Shown here piece by piece: positions 7,360-16,960 of a DNA stretch of 44,072 nucleotides. This stretch comes from Candidatus Zapsychrus exili (GTDB lineage Bacteria > Omnitrophota > Gorgyraeia > Zapsychrales > Zapsychraceae), in NCBI GenBank assembly GCA_030765585.1, contig JAVCCJ010000061.1, positions 1 to 44,072 of the forward strand, read 5' to 3'. Below the pieces are notes generated by a model, which was given only the letters and a program-made list of their open reading frames with translations, was not told where the DNA came from and did no database searches. The translations under genes and the position numbers were made by a program. The stretch's first letter is position 1, and each line of letters opens with the position of its first letter.

Positions 7360-9477
7360 TTAAATCGCTCTAGGTAAAGTTATAGTAACTATTGTCCACT
7401 CTCCACTCTTAGAATCAACATTTAACGTACCTTTATTCGCCAATAATAGATGGTACACCATATTTATCCCCATACCAGTACCTTTCTTACTCCCTTTTGT
7501 CGTATAAAAAGGTACCAATACCTTGTCGAGCTCGTCTTTTGTCATGCCTATACCATTATCTTTTATTTCTATTTTTATAATATCACCCATTATTTCAGAC
7601 ATAATTATTATCTCTGGCTGATAGCCCTGGTTATTTTGGTTCTCTTTCTTTATTTCCATCGCATCACAACTATTATCAAGAGCATTATATACAATGTCTT
7701 GTAAGGTTGAATAGTTTGCCCAAATTTGATTGCTAGTATTATATTCTGTTATCAAATTATATTGCAACCTCGGATGTTTAACCGCAACTAAACTCATACT
7801 CGACTTTACTACTTCATCTAATGATATGCTTTGAGGAGCTATATCTGTCTTAGCGTAATTCTTTATTGCCTCTGTTATTTCAGTACCTCGCATGGCGCTT
7901 TTAGTCATTCTTTCTACATTCTCTCTAATCTCTTTTATTATTTCTTCAGAGACTTTCCCCTCTTTTATGTTGTCTAATAATTCCAATAAAGAGTCTCCAC
8001 CTAACGATATAACATTAAGCCTATTATACATTTGATGCGCTATGCCAGATCCAAGAGCGCCTAAAGAACGAAGTCTACTTTCATGAAACTGCTGCGCTAA
8101 ATCTTTTTTGCTTTCTTCGTAAAACACAGCATTTTCAATTGAAGTAGCTGCTTGTTTAGCTAAAATATCAAAAACAGTTAAATCATCTTCTGAATATATT
8201 TGCCTTGATTTCTTTTTGCCCATTGTTATTAAAGCTAGAACTCTCTTGTCAGAGAATATAGGCACAATAAGTTCGGCATCAATACTTATAAAAGAATCAA
8301 GAAAATCATTATTTATAATTTTCCCTTGCTGCTCGTACTTTCCTTTTAACTCTTCAATTATTATTGGATTTTGATTATTTATAAAATAATTTATTAGTTC
8401 TGAATCAGATTTTATCGACTTTATTTTTTTATCTGCTGTTGTTGCTCTAAGAGCATACGATTCCTCAACCTCATCAAATAAATATATAGAGCAGTGCTCA
8501 ATTTTTATAGACCTATACAATGTATGAATTATAAAATCCAACAAATGTTTAAGCTCTTTTATCTTAGCCATTCCTAAAGATGCACTTTTAAGTGTTTTTT
8601 GATATTGTTTTTGTTCTGATAAGATACGCGCTTCAGCCCGTCGCTGAAGGAATATATATAAATACGGGCCAGCGGTTGCTAAAACAGCCATGGTTAAAAC
8701 AGGAATAAGCCAAAGTCCTACTCCAAACAATTTAAACCCAACATAAAATGGTATTCCAAGAACTAAGGTATAGACTAGAATAAAAATCGTAGCTCGAGAT
8801 ATAACAAGCTTAATATCCATTAAACGCAATCTAATAATTGCATAAGCTATAATACATAGATGCACCGATACTAAAATATTACCAACCGGAGGTACTGGTA
8901 TATTAAACCAAAGGGGGAAATTAGTTATACCTCCAGACCAACCTATAATTGTAGCTATAAGAAGATATTTTATTTGCGTTCTATGCAAACCATCAGATAT
9001 CCTTAAATACCTTAATAGTAAATATACTGTTCGGAGAACTATAAAAAACCATATAGCTAAAAAATATCCAAAAAGATCGCCTGCATCAGGCCAATACTCA
9101 AAATAAAGCTTTTGGCTAACTCCTTTTATAAAATATCCAGTAAAGCATAGACACATAGAAACAACGCCAAATGCATACGCAAAATAAATTTCTACCTTTC
9201 TGTCTTTAGACAGTCTTAACATCGCATAGATATAGTGAAGATAACAAATAGGTATAAAAACTCCAGCTGCCATTAAAACTTTAGACCACAAAAAAGCATG
9301 GATATAATTATCCGATATTTGCCAAAAGAAATAAGCAATACTCCAAGCAGAAACACTTAAACAAAAAATCCCGTAAGTTATATTTGCAAGAGCCTTTTTA
9401 CTGCGAGAAAAAACAAATATTCCCAAAGAAAAGCTAGTAAATAAATTAATTAATGAACTTACTGCCCAAAAAGTCAT
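7360..9477 (-). CDS. Membrane sensor histidine kinase (HisKA_7TM-like sensor, GAF, DHp, HATPase)
   Basis: Multi-TM N-terminus, GAF ending LAKQAATSIENA, H-box AHQMYNRL, N-box NALDNSCDA, G1 DNGIGM, F-box PFYTTK and G2 GTGMG. Start moved from TTG 9492 to ATG 9477 by alignment with the paralogue (MTFWAVSSLIN vs MNFLALSGLVN). Confidence 0.92.
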   Translation of the reverse strand: MTFWAVSSLINLFTSFSLGIFVFSRSKKALANITYGIFCLSVSAWSIAYFFWQISDNYIHAFLWSKVLMAAGVFIPICYLHYIYAMLRLSKDRKVEIYFAYAFGVVSMCLCFTGYFIKGVSQKLYFEYWPDAGDLFGYFLAIWFFIVLRTVYLLLRYLRISDGLHRTQIKYLLIATIIGWSGGITNFPLWFNIPVPPVGNILVSVHLCIIAYAIIRLRLMDIKLVISRATIFILVYTLVLGIPFYVGFKLFGVGLWLIPVLTMAVLATAGPYLYIFLQRRAEARILSEQKQYQKTLKSASLGMAKIKELKHLLDFIIHTLYRSIKIEHCSIYLFDEVEESYALRATTADKKIKSIKSDSELINYFINNQNPIIIEELKGKYEQQGKIINNDFLDSFISIDAELIVPIFSDKRVLALITMGKKKSRQIYSEDDLTVFDILAKQAATSIENAVFYEESKKDLAQQFHESRLRSLGALGSGIAHQMYNRLNVISLGGDSLLELLDNIKEGKVSEEIIKEIRENVERMTKSAMRGTEITEAIKNYAKTDIAPQSISLDEVVKSSMSLVAVKHPRLQYNLITEYNTSNQIWANYSTLQDIVYNALDNSCDAMEIKKENQNNQGYQPEIIIMSEIMGDIIKIEIKDNGIGMTKDELDKVLVPFYTTKGSKKGTGMGINMVYHLLLANKGTLNVDSKSGEWTIVTITLPRAI

Positions 9478-9510
9478 ATGTCTAATATGCAAATTTTATT
9501 GTTTTATAAG

Positions 9511-11685
9511 TTAAGATTTTTCTATCTGTTCTTTTGTAGCTTTCGGTAATATTATTAAAACTCTAGTCCATTCATTATATTTTGAATCAATTTCCAATGT
9601 TCCCTTATTAGACTGCAAAAGTTGATATGCCATATTCATACCCATACCAGTCCCTTTCTGCGCACCTTTTGTGGTAAAGAAAGGGACTAGAACTTTTTCA
9701 AGCTCATCTTTTGTCATGCCTACACCATTGTCTTTTATTTCTATCTTTATTTTAGAACCCAAAAATTCTGACTTGATTTTTATAATAGGCTTATAATTTT
9801 CTAACAACAAATCACCTTCATTAATTTTCTTTGTTTTTATTTTCATCGCATCACAACTATTATCCAATGCATTATATATAACATCTTGCAGAGTAGAATA
9901 ATTAGCCCATATATAATCATCTGCTTTATAATCTTCTATAATTTCATATTCAAATCTTGGATGTTTGACCCTAACCAAAGACTCACTTGATTTTATTATT
10001 TTATCCAACGATATAGCTTGAGTGGCTATGTCTGTCCTTGCATAATTCTTTATTGCCTCTGTTATCTCAGTACCGCGCACAGCACTATTAGTCATTTTAT
10101 CCACATTCTTTTGAACCTGTTCAAACATTTTTAATAGCTCTTCTTTAGATGCGCTATCTTTGTTTATGCTAGATAACATGTCCAACAATACACTTCCTCC
10201 TAATGATATTACATTTAACCTATTATACATTTGATGAGCTATACCAGAACCAAGGGCCCCTAAAGACTTCAAACGACTTTCATGAAAACGCTGAGCTAAA
10301 TCTTTCTTACTCTCCTCATAAAACATGGCATTTTCTATAGCTAAAGCAGCTTGATTACCTAAAATAGAAAAAACCATAACATCATCATTGGAATATATTT
10401 GACCAGTCTTCTTCTTTCCTAACATTATTAAAGACAATACCTTGTCATTTACAAACAATGGTATTATTAGCTCAACATTGAGCTCTAACAATATACTCAA
10501 CAATTCCTTGCTTGCAGATGACTCATTATATTCATGTTTTCTCTTGAATTCTTCAACAACAAGAGTATCTTTTTGACTTTCTATATATTTTATTAAATCT
10601 GAATTTGACAAAATTTCTTTAATATTCTTGTTAACTCTCTCCCCTCTTGAGGCGCTTAAAACATAAGATTCTGTAATTGCATCCATCAAATAAACAGAAC
10701 AATATTCTATTCTTACAGACCTTGTTAATATGTGAACAATAAGCGATAATAAATGATTTAAATCTTTTATACTTGCCATGCCTACAGATGCTTGCTGAAG
10801 AGTTTGCTGATATTGTTTTTGCTCTGCAAGAAGTCTATTCTCAGCTCTACCTTGTAAAAATATATACATATAAGGTCCAATCGTAGCCAATACAGCCATT
10901 ATTGAAACTGGTAAAAGCCAAAGCCCCACACCAAACAACTTTAATCCTATTCCAAAAGGTACGCCAAGAACCAAAGTATATACTGAAACAAAAATTGTGG
11001 CACGAGACAATACTAATTTAATATCCAAAAGCCTATATTTAACGATAGAGTAACAAACAATGCCAACATATAAACTAATAAATATATTAAAGTGTGGGGG
11101 GAAATATATCTTATACCACATCGGCCAATTTGTAGCTCCGCCTATGAATCCAAAAATAGCCGAAATCAAGAAATATTTTATTTGTTCGTGTTTAAGGCCA
11201 ACCGTATTAAACAATCCCTTTAAAAGCAAATAGAATCCATATAAACATTGCCAAGACCAAAAAAGCAAATAGAAATGAAACGAAATATTAGGAATAGGCC
11301 AAAACCCAAGGTTATATCTTGGCTCTAGCTCAGAGAATAAAAAAGAGCTCAAGCTTAACAAAGCAAATACTATATTAACTAAATAATATATACGAATTTC
11401 AATTTTTTTATCTTTTAAAATATCAAGAAATGCAAAAATAAAATGCAGATAAGTAACATTAATAAAAATAATACCTAGTGTTAATGTTTTAAACCAAAAA
11501 AGTGCCTGTTCTGCATTGTCAGACAATTGCCAAAATAAATATCCTATGCTATATACGCAAACGCTTAAATTAAGATAAAAGAAAGTTTGATTCTTTATAT
11601 TCCGAGAATTTTTAGAAAATACTATTAGACCAGCAAAAAGACTTGCTGTAGCATTGACCAAGCCTGATAAAGCTAAAAAATTCAT
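9511..11685 (-). CDS. Membrane sensor histidine kinase, tandem paralogue of 7360-9477
   Basis: Same architecture and shared motifs: GGxTNxPxW in the membrane domain, AHQMYNRLNVISLGG, DNGVGM, PFFTTK and GTGMG. Confidence 0.93.
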   Translation of the reverse strand: MNFLALSGLVNATASLFAGLIVFSKNSRNIKNQTFFYLNLSVCVYSIGYLFWQLSDNAEQALFWFKTLTLGIIFINVTYLHFIFAFLDILKDKKIEIRIYYLVNIVFALLSLSSFLFSELEPRYNLGFWPIPNISFHFYLLFWSWQCLYGFYLLLKGLFNTVGLKHEQIKYFLISAIFGFIGGATNWPMWYKIYFPPHFNIFISLYVGIVCYSIVKYRLLDIKLVLSRATIFVSVYTLVLGVPFGIGLKLFGVGLWLLPVSIMAVLATIGPYMYIFLQGRAENRLLAEQKQYQQTLQQASVGMASIKDLNHLLSLIVHILTRSVRIEYCSVYLMDAITESYVLSASRGERVNKNIKEILSNSDLIKYIESQKDTLVVEEFKRKHEYNESSASKELLSILLELNVELIIPLFVNDKVLSLIMLGKKKTGQIYSNDDVMVFSILGNQAALAIENAMFYEESKKDLAQRFHESRLKSLGALGSGIAHQMYNRLNVISLGGSVLLDMLSSINKDSASKEELLKMFEQVQKNVDKMTNSAVRGTEITEAIKNYARTDIATQAISLDKIIKSSESLVRVKHPRFEYEIIEDYKADDYIWANYSTLQDVIYNALDNSCDAMKIKTKKINEGDLLLENYKPIIKIKSEFLGSKIKIEIKDNGVGMTKDELEKVLVPFFTTKGAQKGTGMGMNMAYQLLQSNKGTLEIDSKYNEWTRVLIILPKATKEQIEKS

Positions 11686-11688
11686 ATC

Positions 11689-13050
11689 CTAATCCTGCAT
11701 TCTCTTAATTTCATAGAAAACTATTTTGCCTGTTTTATCTAATGATGTTTTTATGTCCAGCTTATGTCCTAGGCCATACAATAGATTCAGCATGTACTCA
11801 TTATCTCTTGGAACAAACTCCCAATCGCAAAACCACATTGGTGGCAAAGGGGCGAATGGATCTTTCTTCTCGTCTTTTATGCTCAACAACAAAACTCCAT
11901 TCTTTGACAGCAGACTAATACAGAAATTAATAAAAACTTTTAGCAATCTATCTGGAAAATAGTCTATTAATCCAATGCTATATATAATATCTTTACTTCC
12001 GAATAATTCTAAATAATGCTTATTCTTTGCATTAAATTTAAGGACATTTTCTTTAAAATATTTAAACCTTACCTTTTTGTTTTTTATAGAATTCAATGTC
12101 TTTTTCGAAAATTTAATTGCTTCGTCATCAAAATCAACAAGCCCAAAAGAAATCTTACCTGAATATTTTACCCTCTTAGATTCTAGAATATCCTTTATTT
12201 CTCTACTAGGACCACATGCCAAATTTAATATATCTAAATTTTTTGCTTTTGAAGCATTTATTAGTTTTAAAAGAGAATTTCCCATAAAATCTTTACGTTT
12301 TCTAACAGCTTCAGCATATGGACTTTTTAAAAAATACCTATCAAAACATTCTCCAAACCCAGAAGATAATATTTCCTCATTATACACTATCTCTAGCATT
12401 CTATAATCCCCAGGATATCCTCTTGGCTTTTCGTAACCTCTGCGAACAATATTACTTCTATATGCCAAATATCCCGCACAAGCTCTAAAACATTTCTTGA
12501 TCTTTTTTATCAACAATTTATTTTTTAAATTTTTTGATAATTTATCAGCCTTCATTAAAATTTCATCAGTATATTTTGTTAATTGATCAACATTTCTTTT
12601 AGAAACTTTTTTCGCTCTTTTTATCCCTACAACAATGCTCTCTGCATTACTAATATATTCCTTTACATCATTCAGAAAAAATCTCTCTATTAATTTTATA
12701 ATTTTCTTATCACAAATATCTTTTATTATTGGATCTATGCTCTCATTAAGAAAAACTTCTCTCAATGCGTCCATATTATTTTTTTCTAATTTTACAAAAC
12801 ACACGCCATGCAAAACACCTTGTCTTTCTACAAGTTTTTTACTCCATAAAACTTTAAAATTAACTTTAAGATTCTTATTACCAGGCGCTTCTATGTAACA
12901 TTTTGCTTTCGAAGCTATGGATTGCTCAACAAGTATTTTCATACCGCTTTCGCTTATATCTATTATCTCTGCAACCACGTTTGGTGAAAATCTAATAGGA
13001 AGCGATACATTTATTCTGGGAACAACTCTTCTGTTTAAACTTATTTTCAA
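11689..13050 (-). CDS. PilZ domain fused to a PhcB-like class I SAM-dependent methyltransferase
   Basis: PilZ motifs RVVPR (RxxxR) and DISESG (DxSxxG). KPRGYPGDYRML motif recalled from PhcB-like proteins, SAM motif I LNLACGP, LVDFD and YSIGLIDYF. TTG start with a GGAGG RBS. Confidence 0.82.
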   Translation of the reverse strand: MKISLNRRVVPRINVSLPIRFSPNVVAEIIDISESGMKILVEQSIASKAKCYIEAPGNKNLKVNFKVLWSKKLVERQGVLHGVCFVKLEKNNMDALREVFLNESIDPIIKDICDKKIIKLIERFFLNDVKEYISNAESIVVGIKRAKKVSKRNVDQLTKYTDEILMKADKLSKNLKNKLLIKKIKKCFRACAGYLAYRSNIVRRGYEKPRGYPGDYRMLEIVYNEEILSSGFGECFDRYFLKSPYAEAVRKRKDFMGNSLLKLINASKAKNLDILNLACGPSREIKDILESKRVKYSGKISFGLVDFDDEAIKFSKKTLNSIKNKKVRFKYFKENVLKFNAKNKHYLELFGSKDIIYSIGLIDYFPDRLLKVFINFCISLLSKNGVLLLSIKDEKKDPFAPLPPMWFCDWEFVPRDNEYMLNLLYGLGHKLDIKTSLDKTGKIVFYEIKRMQD

Positions 13051-13317
13051 AACATACCTCCATTATTATTTATACAAAATAAACATTTTTATTTTTGATT
13101 TTAGCGTACACGAAACACGCTCGCAAATCGCTTAAATATAAGCAAAATGCTAAAAATATATCAATTTTAATAATTTTATGCTAAATATCGATACATAAGC
13201 AGTTTAGCAAACGCTAAGACGTTTGCAATGCTCTATTGATTTTTTTTCATTTTTTAGAAAAGTGCAGATTTTGAAGTTTCTTGAAGTGTTTGATTGATGG
13301 TCAGCTATCTTTAGAAA

Positions 13318-13749
13318 TTAGTCCCCCTGAAGGCCATAATCCATTATTTCGCCTGTGTTTCCATTAACTGTCACATAGAAAGGTATAGTTGGAATAAGCC
13401 CCCAAAGCAAACTGTAATCTTTGTCCTTAAAGTACACTATCCATCTTTTTTGTATATCACCTTTAAAGGTTAAACTAGGCCTGCCTGCTATAATTACATC
13501 TTGGCCATCTTTTTTCCATATATTCTTCTCTTCTATCTTAAATGGCTCTAGGCTTAAAAGCCTTCTTGCCAAACTCTTATCTAATATCAATTGGAGCGCT
13601 AGCAATATTGCTTCATCTTCATCAATGCCATCTGATGCATCAACATACTTTGCAGCTTCTCTTATTTCGCCATAGCTATAAGACTGATATTTAAATGTTG
13701 AGCAACCTACTAATAATATTGATATAAATATAATTATTACTTTTTTCAT
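13318..13749 (-). CDS. Putative lipoprotein with a PepSY-like C-terminal strand
   Basis: Signal peptide II with lipobox LLVG-C; C-terminal YVTVNGNTGEI. Confidence 0.75.
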   Translation of the reverse strand: MKKVIIIFISILLVGCSTFKYQSYSYGEIREAAKYVDASDGIDEDEAILLALQLILDKSLARRLLSLEPFKIEEKNIWKKDGQDVIIAGRPSLTFKGDIQKRWIVYFKDKDYSLLWGLIPTIPFYVTVNGNTGEIMDYGLQGD

Positions 13750-13790
13750 TTTGCCTTGTTTATTCTATCTACTAAATGTAGAATGTTTTT

Positions 13791-14411
13791 ATGACTATTA
13801 CACCTCAAACTACAGTAAGCAGCATTGAAGCTATCACCAGTTCAATAAGTACAGATCCTCATACTTACCGATGGTTTTATTTTCTCATATTTCAGCCTTC
13901 TTTAAAGAAAAAACTATGTTCAAAAGAAGATATAAACAAAATATATAAGAAATTAAAGAAAACTGTTCAAATACAAATGACGCTCTATATTTTTTCTATG
14001 CTTTTATTATGCTTTGCTTATGTTTCTAAACAATATTTATCTCTACTCACTCTTACCCTTTTTTTATATCCTCTAATAAAACTATATTTAGAAAAAAAGA
14101 GATGTGTGGTCGAGATTAGCAACCATATGCTAAGCCGCGATTTTGATACATCTGAAATTATTACAAAAACTCTTTATCAAATAACATCAATATACGGCAA
14201 GAAATATAAGATCCCTTGCTTGGTTGAAACAATTCATTTCTCAGATAATTTATGCAGAAAAGCTATTATTTTCACCTTTATCATTACTTGCTTTATTTAT
14301 CCATTCGACAGATTTTGGAAAATAATATTCTTTGTTTTATTTGTTTATTCCCTTATCTACCTTGTCACCAACACACATCTTGCATATAAATGCATAAAAC
14401 CAAAATTTTAA
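13791..14411 (+). CDS. Hypothetical membrane protein (~4 TM)
   Basis: 206-aa ORF with two pairs of hydrophobic segments; overlaps the convergent gene by 4 bp. Confidence 0.7.
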   Translation: MTITPQTTVSSIEAITSSISTDPHTYRWFYFLIFQPSLKKKLCSKEDINKIYKKLKKTVQIQMTLYIFSMLLLCFAYVSKQYLSLLTLTLFLYPLIKLYLEKKRCVVEISNHMLSRDFDTSEIITKTLYQITSIYGKKYKIPCLVETIHFSDNLCRKAIIFTFIITCFIYPFDRFWKIIFFVLFVYSLIYLVTNTHLAYKCIKPKF

Positions 14412-16327
14412 GAAGCCAGACTAAGAAAGATTCTTGCCGAAATATATACTATCGCCACCAAAGCAGCTATATTTCCAATTCGCGTAGCAGTCAAGAAAAG
14501 AACATTATTCACTACGTTATATAAATAAGACAACACGTACCTGTTCATATTTTTGTGCTTAAACACAATCTGTCCTAAAAAATAACTTCTCCAGTTAAGA
14601 TTCGTTATTCTATTTTCTCTTAACATATTATTGTAAAATGCTGAACCTGGAAGCGGAGTTATTAAAGAAACTGCCGTTACATCAGGTCTTAAATAAAAAC
14701 ACGATTTCCACAATTTAATCAAGTCTGAATATCTATCAGATTCAAAACCAAATATAAAATGAGCCTTTATATTGATTCCTGCCTTCCTAACTGCTTTTGT
14801 ATATTTTATATAATCATCTGCAAAATTAAACTTTCCTCCTTTAGCCTTTTCAAAAGAATCTCTAAATATCTCATAACCAAATAAAAGCATCTTACATCCG
14901 CTTTCTTTGGCTAAACGGATAGTATCTTCATCTTTTCCAATATCAATCGTACTTTGTGAAGCCCATTTAAGCTTCAAAGGCTTTAAAGCAGCAAATAATT
15001 CTTTTGCATAGGCAGGAGAGGAATAAATATTATTATCTAAAAATAAAAGAGACTTATATTTTGTTTTAATTCTTTTTGCAAACTCTATAACCTCATCAAT
15101 AGGCTTGTATCGTGGCTTTGATCCGCATAAAGAAGAGACAACGCAAAAGTCACAGCTAAACTTACATCCATGTACTGCCTCAAGACAATATCTTGCCTCC
15201 TCAATAGGAGCATTTAAAAGTTGCTGATGAACTTTCTTGTTAGATTCTTCCGACGGTCCACCAAAATATTTATCTTTTAAACAATCATTCTCATAATCCC
15301 TTATCACATCTTCCCAAACTCCTTCTGCCTCTCCAATTACTACACTATCGCAATACTCCAAAGCCTCGTCAGGCAGAAAAGTAACATGTGGCCCACCCAT
15401 AATAACCTTTGATCCTCGCGCCTTAAATCCCTTAGCAATGTTATACGCCTCATAAGCGTTAGACGTAAAGCACGTTATACATACCAGTTTGTCGCTATTA
15501 TAATACTGATCACGCCAAGTAACTTGAAGAAATCTACGTATCTTATAATCTTTTGGAGTTAAAGACTCTAGCACAAAGAAAGCTGGTGGATAAAAAAATA
15601 GTAAGGGAAACGCGATGCTATTTAAAATACCACCGTTTATTGGACTAACTAAATAAATCTCTTTTTTCGGATTAAACCTCTTTTTCAAATCATCATGCGC
15701 ATCTACCATTATATTTATAAAATATACAAATTCTAAAAGCTTAACATAAGTTAAAATAAAAAGTATAATCCTAAAGAAATAAAAATTCTTAATATGAAAT
15801 ACCTGCGGCAAATAGAACAAACACATATCTACCGTATAAATAGCAAGAATCGTTAAGAAAATCTTGAACCCTACAACTACTTTCTTTCTAGAAAGCCCCT
15901 CTTCTCTTAAATATTTACCTACAATAAAATTTGCCAACAAATACAAAACAACTACATTAAAATGAGCTCCTATAAAGAATGGCGACGGTAACATTTTAAT
16001 AGGAATCGTAATTGATAAAATTATATGCACAAACAAAGGAGCCAAAGTTAATAAGAAATAAAACCAAAAAAGTTTCCTAACATTAGTCTTACAACTTAAT
16101 ATCTTTGGTATAAACTCCTTTCTACTTGCGATATCAGCTAAAACACCATAAATTCCGCTTAATATAAAAACCTTTAAAATACTAAATAAAATAAGCACTA
16201 GCGCTGACATATTACTTTTAAATAAAAACATATATGTCGTATCAAGCATATACACACTAAATACAAAAATTAATATGCTATTTAAACTACCAAAGGATTT
16301 CTTTAAAATAAGATTATTACCTAACAT
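14408..16327 (-). CDS. Cobalamin-binding radical SAM enzyme with an N-terminal multi-TM domain
   Basis: First ~210 aa contain about 6 TM helices. B12-binding region ITCFTSNAYEAY...VIMGGPHVTFLPDEA...VVIGEAE, CxxxCxxC (CKFSCDFC), FLDNN, FIFG and TPLPGS motifs. Confidence 0.88.
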   Translation of the reverse strand: MLGNNLILKKSFGSLNSILIFVFSVYMLDTTYMFLFKSNMSALVLILFSILKVFILSGIYGVLADIASRKEFIPKILSCKTNVRKLFWFYFLLTLAPLFVHIILSITIPIKMLPSPFFIGAHFNVVVLYLLANFIVGKYLREEGLSRKKVVVGFKIFLTILAIYTVDMCLFYLPQVFHIKNFYFFRIILFILTYVKLLEFVYFINIMVDAHDDLKKRFNPKKEIYLVSPINGGILNSIAFPLLFFYPPAFFVLESLTPKDYKIRRFLQVTWRDQYYNSDKLVCITCFTSNAYEAYNIAKGFKARGSKVIMGGPHVTFLPDEALEYCDSVVIGEAEGVWEDVIRDYENDCLKDKYFGGPSEESNKKVHQQLLNAPIEEARYCLEAVHGCKFSCDFCVVSSLCGSKPRYKPIDEVIEFAKRIKTKYKSLLFLDNNIYSSPAYAKELFAALKPLKLKWASQSTIDIGKDEDTIRLAKESGCKMLLFGYEIFRDSFEKAKGGKFNFADDYIKYTKAVRKAGINIKAHFIFGFESDRYSDLIKLWKSCFYLRPDVTAVSLITPLPGSAFYNNMLRENRITNLNWRSYFLGQIVFKHKNMNRYVLSYLYNVVNNVLFLTATRIGNIAALVAIVYISARIFLSLAS

Positions 16328-16331
16328 AAAT

Positions 16332-16952
16332 TTATTCTAGACCTTGTTTATACTGTTCGTTGATTGTTTTATACTGCCCTTGGGTTAATAATTCTATTTG
16401 TTCGCGACGACTATCTTCAGTCTGCATCATTATTTGCTGTTGCTTAACAATTACATTCTTTAATGTGTCCTCAATAATTGCCCTAAAAATAGTCTCATTT
16501 ACAATTGGATGAATAATTGCATCAGCCTGAGCTTTGATATCTTTGTTAATTACAGATAAAGGCACTCTCTTGTCTTTTAATTGTTTATATTGATTAAGAC
16601 AATTTTGATACGCTTCTGCAATAATATTTAATATAGCTTCATTTCTTGTTGCTTGAATTACAATCTGTCCAAGAGCATAGCTTGCAAGCTCAGGGTTAAG
16701 CCCAATGTTTTGACTTGTTATTGCCTTCTGTAGAACTTCTTTTACCTTTTCTTCAAAAGCAAAATAAACTTCGTCCTGCACAAAATTACTTCTTTGATTA
16801 ATTGGATTAATTTTAAGCTGCATCTTTGGAGCAGATATTAAAGCTCCGGCTGAAGGCCCGCCAGACATCAAAACCCCAGAGTCTTGCGCAAATGTAATAG
16901 ACGAGATAATAATAGTTAAAATAATTAATATAAATATTAATAAATTTCTCAC
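16332..16952 (-). CDS. Hypothetical exported helical protein
   Basis: Sec signal ending in TFA-QD; tight 4-8 bp spacing with both neighbours. Confidence 0.75.
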   Translation of the reverse strand: MRNLLIFILIILTIIISSITFAQDSGVLMSGGPSAGALISAPKMQLKINPINQRSNFVQDEVYFAFEEKVKEVLQKAITSQNIGLNPELASYALGQIVIQATRNEAILNIIAEAYQNCLNQYKQLKDKRVPLSVINKDIKAQADAIIHPIVNETIFRAIIEDTLKNVIVKQQQIMMQTEDSRREQIELLTQGQYKTINEQYKQGLE

Positions 16953-16960
16953 AATTATTA

